Source: an uncultured Chloroflexia bacterium
GTDB lineage: Bacteria; Chloroflexota; Limnocylindria; Limnocylindrales; CSP1-4
Direction of reading: 5' to 3'
Length of the DNA: 64,000 bases
Assembly: GCA_963717255.1 (NCBI GenBank)
Contig: CAVQVT010000014.1
Span: 8,751-72,750 of the forward strand
Both the position numbers and the translations under genes were made by a program. Position 1 is the stretch's first letter, and each line of letters opens with the position of its first letter. Shown here piece after piece: positions 57,666 to 64,000 of the stretch. Under the pieces are notes generated by a model. The model saw nothing but the letters and a program-made list of their open reading frames with translations. It had not been told where the DNA came from and made no database searches.

Positions 57666-59058
57666 TCAGGCGCGGCGCTCTCCCGCGGCGGTCCCCTGGC
57701 CGCGCGCGAGCGGGAGGGCGATCGCGAATCGCGCGCCGCCCCCGGGGGCATCCGCGACACCGATCGACCCGCCGTGCATCTCGACGATCCGCCTGGCGAT
57801 CGCGAGACCCAGTCCGCTGCCGGAGCCCCGCGCCCGGCTCTCGCCGGGCAGGCGGGCGAAGGGCTCGAAGATCGCCTCCCGCGCCCCCGACGGGACGCCC
57901 GGCCCGCGGTCGTCGACCGTGATCTCGACGGTGGAGCCCGCCCGGACGACGTCGACGGTGACCGGCGTCCCCGCCGGGGCATGGCGCGTGGCGTTGTCGA
58001 TGAGGACGAGCAGCACCTGGATGAGGCGGTCGGGGTCCACGTCGGCGACCGCGGGCGCGCCGGCCGTCGGTCCGGCCACCGCGACGCCGCGCTCCGCCGC
58101 GAGCGGGCGAGCGCGCGCCGCGGTCTCGGCGACGAGCGCTCGGAGGTCCGTCGGGCGGCGGTCGAGGACGAGGGTCCCGCGGTCCGACGCGTCGAGTGCG
58201 AGCAGGTCGTCCACCAGGCGCCCGAGCCGGTCGGTCTCGGCGACCATGTCGGCGACGAGCGGACGCCCGCCCTCCTTCACGAGGTCCTCGCGTTCGAGCA
58301 CCTCCGCCGACGCCCGGATGATCGCGGCGGGCGTGCGGATCTCGTGCGACGCGTCCGCGATGAACCGGCGCTCGGTGTCGAAGGCCGCTCGGATCGGGAC
58401 GAGCGCCCGCCCGACGACGACGACGGTCACGACCGCCGCGCCCAGCAGCCCGAGGAGGCCGACGATGACGACCGTCAGGACGATCGTCTGGATCTGCCGG
58501 TCCTGGAGCGTGAGGACGTAGCCCGACTGGACGTAGCCGACGACCGCGCCTTCGTGGGTGACGGGGACGGTGAGCAGCCGGACGCGCGCGCCTCCGGCGT
58601 CCACGGTCCGCAGGTCCGAGCCGGACACGGCCGCGGCAGTCACGGCGTCGGCGTCCGGCAGCCCGCCCAGGGGGACGCGGGCGGGGTTGGCGACGAGCGT
58701 ACCGTCCGGGGCAAGCACGAGGTGGAAGGTGTCGGACTCGGCCGGAGGGCGTTCGTCCTGCTCGGCCTCCGTCGCCCGCTCCCTCGTCCTCGGAGCCCTG
58801 CTCGGCCCCGCCGCCGGGCGCCGCCGCCACCGAGCCGTCCAGCCGGGCGACGAAGGCGTCGGACGAGGTCTGCAGCGCCCGGTCCGCCTCGGCGTCGATC
58901 ACGCGGATCGCGGTGAAGGCGGTCGCGACGCCGATCGCGAGGACGAGCGTTCCGACGAGGACGAGGACGACCGCGGCGAGACGGCGACGCGTCCGCGCGA
59001 GGAGGCGTGCGTGCGGGTCCGCCGTCGCGCGCGGCGTCGCCCCGGCCGTGCCGGTCAT
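57666..59058 (-). pseudogene. sensor histidine kinase, one frame correction near 58770
   Basis: The N-terminal TM and sensor part are in ORF 57208..59058 (..LAAVVLVLVGTLVLAIGV..). The rest is in ORF 57666..58718: second TM, H-box ADASHEIRTP, N-box LIDNATRHAP, DDRGPGV, GSGLGLAIARRIVEMHGG. Confidence 0.8.
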
Positions 59059-59738
59059 GCCGGGCCCCGCAGCGTGTATCCGACGCCGCGGATCGTCCGG
59101 ATCAGGCCGGCCCGTCCGAGCTCGCCGAGCTTGCGCCGCAGGTACGAGACGTACAGGTCGACCACGTTGGAGTAGACGTCGGGCTCCGCACCCCAGACCG
59201 CGTCGAGGGCCTGCTGGCGGGTGACGACCCTGCCTTCGTTGCGCATCAGGTACGCGAGGAGCGCGAACTCGCGCGCCGAGAGGTCCACGGCCGCGTCACC
59301 GACGCGCGCGACGTGGCGCTCCTCGTCGAGCTCGAGGTCGCCGACGGCGAGCCGCGCGTCGCCGGCCGGCGTCGCGCGGCGCCCGAGTGCCCGGATCCGC
59401 GCGAGGAGCTCCGCGAACGCGAACGGCTTGGCCAGGTAGTCGTCGGCGCCCGCGTCGAGCCCCTCGACACGGTGCTCCACGGAGCCGAGCGCCGTGAGGA
59501 TGAGCGCAGGGGCGGCGACGCCCCGCGATCTGAGCAGCCGCAGGAGCTCGAGGCCGTCGATGTCGGGCAGGCCGCGATCCAGCACGAGGACGTCGTACGG
59601 GGCTCCGCCCGCGAGCGCGAGCGCGGACACGGCGTCGGGCGCGACGTCCACCGTGTGGTGCTCGGCGACGAGGACCCGGCGGACCAGGTCGGCCATCCGG
59701 GGCTCGTCCTCGACGAGGAGAAGGTGCATCGCGGTCAT
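59055..59738 (-). CDS. OmpR/PhoB-family response regulator
   Basis: LLLVEDEPRMADL..VLVLDRGLPDIDG..ADDYLAKPF receiver domain, plus winged-helix ..VVDLYVSYLRRKLG..IRTIRGVGYTL. Overlaps the kinase start. Confidence 0.9.
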   Translation of the reverse strand: MTAMHLLLVEDEPRMADLVRRVLVAEHHTVDVAPDAVSALALAGGAPYDVLVLDRGLPDIDGLELLRLLRSRGVAAPALILTALGSVEHRVEGLDAGADDYLAKPFAFAELLARIRALGRRATPAGDARLAVGDLELDEERHVARVGDAAVDLSAREFALLAYLMRNEGRVVTRQQALDAVWGAEPDVYSNVVDLYVSYLRRKLGELGRAGLIRTIRGVGYTLRGPA

Positions 59739-59872
59739 CCTGGGTGTCCCTGTGCCGTCGCGTCAATGGCGTCGACCCGTTCCTGTGAGAACGCACATCC
59801 GCGTCATAGGGCCGCCTCATCCGCACGCGGGACGATGCGCCTCGTTGACCGCCCCGGGACCGACGCCAGCCG

Positions 59873-60442
59873 ATGATCCCCCTCCTCGACCGGCGTCGCC
59901 GGGACGGTCCACAGACCAGACGGATCCACCGAGCGCCAGCCACCGGAGTGCCGACCGTGACCGACGACCGAACCGACCCGAGGGAGCCTTCCTCCTCTCC
60001 CTCCCCCTCCCCGCTCGCCGCCGCCGGACCGGGTGCCTCCTCTCGCCCGGCCGGCGCGGCGCGGCGGCCCACCGGCCCCACGACCGGCACCCGCCGGTTG
60101 GCGCTCCTGCTCGCCGCAGGTGCGGCGATCGGCACGCTCGGGGTCGCCGCCGGTGTCGCGACGCTGACGCCGACGGCACCGGTGCCGACGTCGGCGGCTT
60201 CCGTCCCCGTCGTCGCGGCCGCCACCCCGGCGCCCACCGAGCAGGTGGTCGTGGACACCGTGTACGTCCGGGACCCCGCGCCGACCGCGAACCCCGAGCC
60301 GATCGTCGTGCCGGCGCCGTCCGCGCCGCCCGCGGAGGCCCAGGTCGTGCGGGTCGTCCGCGTCGTCACGGGCGGCGAGCACGAGGGCGATGAGGGCGAC
60401 CACGAAGGTGCCGAGGGCGGCGAAGGCGGCGAGGACGACTGA
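59873..60442 (+). CDS. hypothetical Pro/Ala-rich single-pass membrane protein with an acidic tail (start uncertain)
   Basis: TM segment RRLALLLAAGAAIGTLGVAAGV. C-terminus ..GGEHEGDEGDHEGAEGGEGGEDD. Weak support only. Confidence 0.35.
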   Translation: MIPLLDRRRRDGPQTRRIHRAPATGVPTVTDDRTDPREPSSSPSPSPLAAAGPGASSRPAGAARRPTGPTTGTRRLALLLAAGAAIGTLGVAAGVATLTPTAPVPTSAASVPVVAAATPAPTEQVVVDTVYVRDPAPTANPEPIVVPAPSAPPAEAQVVRVVRVVTGGEHEGDEGDHEGAEGGEGGEDD

Positions 60443-60830
60443 CGTGTCCGTACGCGATCCGCGCGACCACACGCGGGCGGACCTGGGGCCCGTCGCCGAC
60501 CGCGCGCCGCGCGCCGGCTCCTCCGCCCGGCCCGATCCCACCGGCGCGAGACTCGCCGCAGGGATGGCCGGCGCCGCCGCGACGACCGCGATCCTCGCGG
60601 CGATCGTCGGCGGGGCGTCCGGGTCCTCCGCCGTCACCGTCGATGCCGCCGCCGTCGTCACCCAGCCCGCCGCGGACGTCCCGGTCCGTCACGTGACGCA
60701 GGTCGTGCACATCGCCTCCGACGCGACGCCGCCTCCCCGCAAGGTCGTGTACGCGACCCCCGTGCCGGCGCCGGCCAAGCCCCGCGTCGTCGTCATCACG
60801 ACGACCCAGTCGGGCACGGTGATCAAGTGA
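60390..60830 (+). CDS. hypothetical single-pass membrane protein (start uncertain, probably after 60442)
   Basis: TM segment AAGMAGAAATTAILAAIVGGA. Organisation resembles the preceding ORF. Weak support only. Confidence 0.35.
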   Translation: MRATTKVPRAAKAARTTDVSVRDPRDHTRADLGPVADRAPRAGSSARPDPTGARLAAGMAGAAATTAILAAIVGGASGSSAVTVDAAAVVTQPAADVPVRHVTQVVHIASDATPPPRKVVYATPVPAPAKPRVVVITTTQSGTVIK

Positions 60831-61849
60831 CCGCCGGCGCCGCACCGATCGGAGCGCCGCGACGCCTCGGCGGGGCGGTCGGAGCCGACCCGACCTCCCT
60901 CCGTCATGCCTCCACCGCGATGGGCGGCCGCCTCGTCCTCCGCGTGGTCCCGGCCCCCGGCCTGCAGGCCGAGGCGGAGCGCGACCTCGAGGCCGTGGCG
61001 CGGCGCGTCCGCGGCTGGGCGTCCATCCTCACGCGTCATGCCGACGATTCCGCGCTCCTGCGGCTCAACCGCGATCCCCGTCCCGAAGTCCCCGTCGGGC
61101 CGACACTCGCGGCCGTGCTCGCGTGGGCGGCGGACGCGGCGGCCGCGACCGGCGGCATCGTGGACGCCGCCCTGCTCGACGAGCGGCTCGCGGCGCAGGG
61201 CCTCGCCGCCGACGGCGGCCCTGGCGTCGCCGCTCCCGCGCCTCACGGCCGGCATCCGCTCGACGCCCCCACACCGCGCCCGACATGGTCCGTCCGGTCG
61301 GGCCTGCCCCACGGCGCAGCGACGGTGACCCGGGCTCCCGGCACGCGCATCGACCTCGACGGCGTCGCGAAGGGCTGGGTCGCGGACCGTGCGCTCCGCC
61401 TGCTCGAACGACATCGCGGTGCGATCGTCGACGCCGATGGCGACATCGCGATCCGGCCTGCGCCCGGCGAGACGGTCGACGTGGGCGTGGGGGATCCGCG
61501 GTCGGACGGTGACCAGCTCGCGGTCCTCTCGCTCGCAGCCGGTCCGGGCCGCCGCACCTGGGGCGTCGCCACGTCCGGGATCTCCGTCCACCGGTGGGCG
61601 ACTCCGGGTGGCGAGGCCCATCACCTCATCGATCCGCGGACCCTCCGGCCGGCCGCCACGGACGTCGTCCAGGCCACCGTCGTGGCGGGCACCGCACGCG
61701 ACGCGGAGGCCTTCGCGAAGGCCGCCGTGATCCTCGGCTCGGTCGATGGGCTGGGCCTCCTCGATCGCGCGGGCGTCGCCGGCGCGATCCTCCTCCTTCG
61801 CGACGACCGCGTCGTCGCCCTCCCGCGCACGATGGAGCTCGTCGCATGA
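60827..61849 (+). CDS. FAD:protein FMN transferase (ApbE family)
   Basis: IDLDGVAKGWVADRA, IVDADGDIA, GVATSGISVHRW, and HHLIDPRTLRPA. Confidence 0.8.
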   Translation: MTAGAAPIGAPRRLGGAVGADPTSLRHASTAMGGRLVLRVVPAPGLQAEAERDLEAVARRVRGWASILTRHADDSALLRLNRDPRPEVPVGPTLAAVLAWAADAAAATGGIVDAALLDERLAAQGLAADGGPGVAAPAPHGRHPLDAPTPRPTWSVRSGLPHGAATVTRAPGTRIDLDGVAKGWVADRALRLLERHRGAIVDADGDIAIRPAPGETVDVGVGDPRSDGDQLAVLSLAAGPGRRTWGVATSGISVHRWATPGGEAHHLIDPRTLRPAATDVVQATVVAGTARDAEAFAKAAVILGSVDGLGLLDRAGVAGAILLLRDDRVVALPRTMELVA

Positions 61850-62616
61850 CGTACCGCGGACTGCCCCTCCCCGTCCGGATCGCCGTCGCACTCGCCCTCG
61901 GCGTGGCCGTCGGCGCCGTCATCGCGGCGACGCTCCCCTCGGCCGTGACCGGCATCGCCGGGCTGGCCCTCGCGACTCCCGAGAAGATCCCGTGGGTCAC
62001 CTCCCGCGTGACCGCGTTCGTCGCGTACCTCGCGCTCGCCGGGTCCGTCGTCTACGGGCTCCTGCTCTCGACGAAGATCCTCGACGCCATCGCGCACCGG
62101 CCCGTCAGCTTCGCGCTCCACCAGGATCTCGCAGCGGTCGGGCTCGGGCTCGCCGGCATCCACGGGGCGCTCCTCGCGCTCGATCCCACGATCCGGTTCA
62201 CGCTCGCCGACCTCCTCGTTCCCTTCGCGTCACCCTACCGCCCGATCGCGGTGGGCCTAGGCCAGATCGCCCTCTACGTCGTGCTCCTCGTGACGCTGAG
62301 CTTCTACGCACGGCGCCGGATCGGGACACGGGCATGGCGGCTCCTCCACTACCTGACGTTCCTCGCGTTCGCCGCGGCGACCGCCCACGGGATCCTCGCG
62401 GGGACCGACACCACCCGGCCGTGGGCGTTCGCGATCTACGCCGCGTCGACCGTCGCCGTCGTCTTCCTGACGACGTACCGCGTCGCCCTCGGTGTGGCCG
62501 CGTCCCGCGGACGGCGAGCCACCCGGGATGCCGCCCGCGCGGGCGGCACCGTGCCGCGTCCGGGAATCGGAGAGCGTCCGGGGATCGGAGAGCGCCCGGA
62601 GGCTCGACCGGCCTGA
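61846..62616 (+). CDS. ferric-reductase-like transmembrane (di-heme, MsrQ/FRD-type) protein
   Basis: ATGA overlap with the ApbE stop. Six helices with paired His (..FALHQDLA..GIHGALL.. and ..LLHYLTFLAFAAATAHGIL..). Confidence 0.7.
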   Translation: MTYRGLPLPVRIAVALALGVAVGAVIAATLPSAVTGIAGLALATPEKIPWVTSRVTAFVAYLALAGSVVYGLLLSTKILDAIAHRPVSFALHQDLAAVGLGLAGIHGALLALDPTIRFTLADLLVPFASPYRPIAVGLGQIALYVVLLVTLSFYARRRIGTRAWRLLHYLTFLAFAAATAHGILAGTDTTRPWAFAIYAASTVAVVFLTTYRVALGVAASRGRRATRDAARAGGTVPRPGIGERPGIGERPEARPA

Positions 62617-63034
62617 CACACGACCAGGAGTCGAACGGCGCAACGTGCCCATCCGCCGTCCCCGGGGGATCCCCGGGGACGGCGGATGGCGGGTCGGCCT
62701 CGACGCCCGCTGGCCCGCTCCCCCCACCTGGCGCGGTGCGGAGCGAGGCGCCCGCGCGACCCTATCGACCTCGGATCACCGGCGGCTCATCGCCCGATCG
62801 ACGGCCCGGCGGATGGCGGCCGCGCGACCGCCGCCGGCCGTGCCGCGGCGCGGAGCAGCGGCCCCGCCGGGCCACCGGGCGGGGCCGCCACCGGGTGGCC
62901 CGGCGGTGGGATGATGCGTGGGCGGCAGGGTTCCTGCGCGGGGACGACCACCGGTCGTGGATCGAGGACGACCTTCGCCACCGGACGATCGAGCCGGATC
63001 ACGGCACCTACCTCGACGCTGGAGGACCGAGCCC

Positions 63035-63805
63035 GTGAGCGACGGCACGGCGGAGGTGCGCGACCAGTACGCGGCGGTGGCGGCCGCCTACCGCACCTCG
63101 CGCGTCCATGCGACCGGCCCGGACCTCGACCGCATGGTGGACCTCCTCGCGCCGACAGGCGAAGAGACGGCGATCGACCTCGGGACCGGGGCCGGCCACG
63201 CGGCGGTGCGGCTGGCCGCGCACGTCGCCCGCGTGGAGGCGATCGACCTGGTGCCCGAGATGCTGGAGCAGGCGGCCCTGCTCGCGGCCGAGCGCGGCGC
63301 CTCGAACATCGGGTTCCACGCCTGCGATGTCCGTGCGCTGCCGTTCGCCGACTGCACGTTCGACGCCGCGGTCAGCCGGGTCTCGGCGCACCACTGGGCG
63401 GACGTCCCGGCGGGGATCACCGAGGCCGCACGGGTGTTGCGTTCCGGTGCGCGGATGGTCGTCCTCGACACGGTGGCGCCGCCCGAGCCGGCGCTCGATT
63501 CGTTCATCAACGCCGTGGAGATCCTCCGCGACCCGAGCCACGGCCGGGATCTGGCGATGGCCGAGTGGGCGCGCGTGCTGGAGGCGGCGGGGTTCCGCGT
63601 GGACGTGGCCGAGACGTCGCCGATCGAGATCGATGCAGCCGACTGGTTCGCTCGCTCGCGGACCGCGGCATGGCGCGAGGAGGCGGCGCGCCGTCTGCTG
63701 CGCGAGGCACCGCCGAGGGCGCGCGAGACCTTCCGGATCGAGGACGGCGGGGACCGCTTCGTGCTGCTCCGCGGCATCCTCGCGGCCACGAGATCGCCCG
63801 CCTGA
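63035..63805 (+). CDS. class I SAM-dependent methyltransferase
   Basis: GTG at 63035 follows GGAGGA. AIDLGTGAGH motif I, LPFADCTFDAAVSRVSAHHW, and VLRSGARMVVLD. Confidence 0.85.
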   Translation: MSDGTAEVRDQYAAVAAAYRTSRVHATGPDLDRMVDLLAPTGEETAIDLGTGAGHAAVRLAAHVARVEAIDLVPEMLEQAALLAAERGASNIGFHACDVRALPFADCTFDAAVSRVSAHHWADVPAGITEAARVLRSGARMVVLDTVAPPEPALDSFINAVEILRDPSHGRDLAMAEWARVLEAAGFRVDVAETSPIEIDAADWFARSRTAAWREEAARRLLREAPPRARETFRIEDGGDRFVLLRGILAATRSPA

Positions 63806-63830
63806 CGCGGGCGCTCGGGCGACGGGTCGG

Positions 63831-64000
63831 CTACCGGCGGGCGGCGATCGCCCGCCGGTACATGTCGAGGTAGCCCCCGACCGGGCCCGCCTCCCACGAC
63901 CAGTCGCGCGCCATCCCGTGCGCCACGACCGCGTCCCACCGGGAGCGGTCCGGGCCCACATATGCGGCGGTCGCACGCGCGACGGCCGCGGCGAGGGCGG
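63831..64000 (-). CDS. 3' end of a GT-B glycosyltransferase (glycogen/starch-synthase-like), 5' part outside the window
   Basis: The minus-strand frame ends ..AVVAHGMARDWSWEAGPVGGYLDMYRRAIAARR*. This resembles the C-terminal (D/N)FSW...Y..LY motif of GlgA-like GT4/GT5 enzymes. Confidence 0.45.
   Translation of the reverse strand, partial: ALAAAVARATAAYVGPDRSRWDAVVAHGMARDWSWEAGPVGGYLDMYRRAIAARR

Noticed and set aside
62560-62595. 18-nt tandem duplication (PGIGER PGIGER) at the C-terminus of the ferric-reductase-like protein
   Set aside because: It is real in the sequence but is a trivial slippage duplication in a disordered tail. No functional inference is justified.

Overview
Very GC-rich, actinobacterium-like chromosomal DNA. 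Third codon positions are almost all G/C, so the six-frame track is full of long spurious antisense or out-of-frame ORFs rich in R/G/P/A.

Supported content, left to right:
- the end of a YceI-like gene, a decayed IS481-family element, an MFS (DHA2) exporter and a frameshifted alpha/beta-hydrolase
- a copper-handling cluster: exported His-1 protein, CopC-CopD fusion, membrane cytochrome c, SCO1/SenC, PCuAC
- citrate synthase, and an S1 protease fused to a PD40 beta-propeller
- TetR plus an MMPL transporter that reads without a stop into a YhgE/Pip repeat protein, then a second TetR locus
- two ABC-2 exporter modules, one with an XRE regulator
- a methyltransferase, an MDR oxidoreductase and an LLM/F420-type oxidoreductase
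- a 15.6-kb accessory array (about 30.9-46.6 kb) anchored on tRNA-Gly(UCC)
- hypothetical exported and membrane proteins, and a class-V aminotransferase
- galK-galT with a GntR regulator, and an OmpR/histidine-kinase pair
- ApbE plus a ferric-reductase-like membrane protein, a methyltransferase, and the 3' end of a glycosyltransferase

Main hunt result: the intact tRNA-Gly gene is followed by seven orphan copies of its 3' half. Each copy sits in a conserved ~150-nt module that is conserved on both sides of the tRNA-derived core. The modules delimit seven small cassettes of 1.1-3.8 kb: a MacB-type ABC exporter, a cyclase-ATPase-TPR regulator, an alpha/beta-hydrolase, an arylsulfatase, and three copies of a lipoprotein. 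No recombinase is visible anywhere in the array. I read this as serial site-specific accretion of integrase-less cargo cassettes whose junctions look like intact attP-type sites.

Caveat: at least nine otherwise well-conserved genes need 1-nt frame corrections. Assembly indel error is therefore a serious alternative to real pseudogenisation throughout the window.
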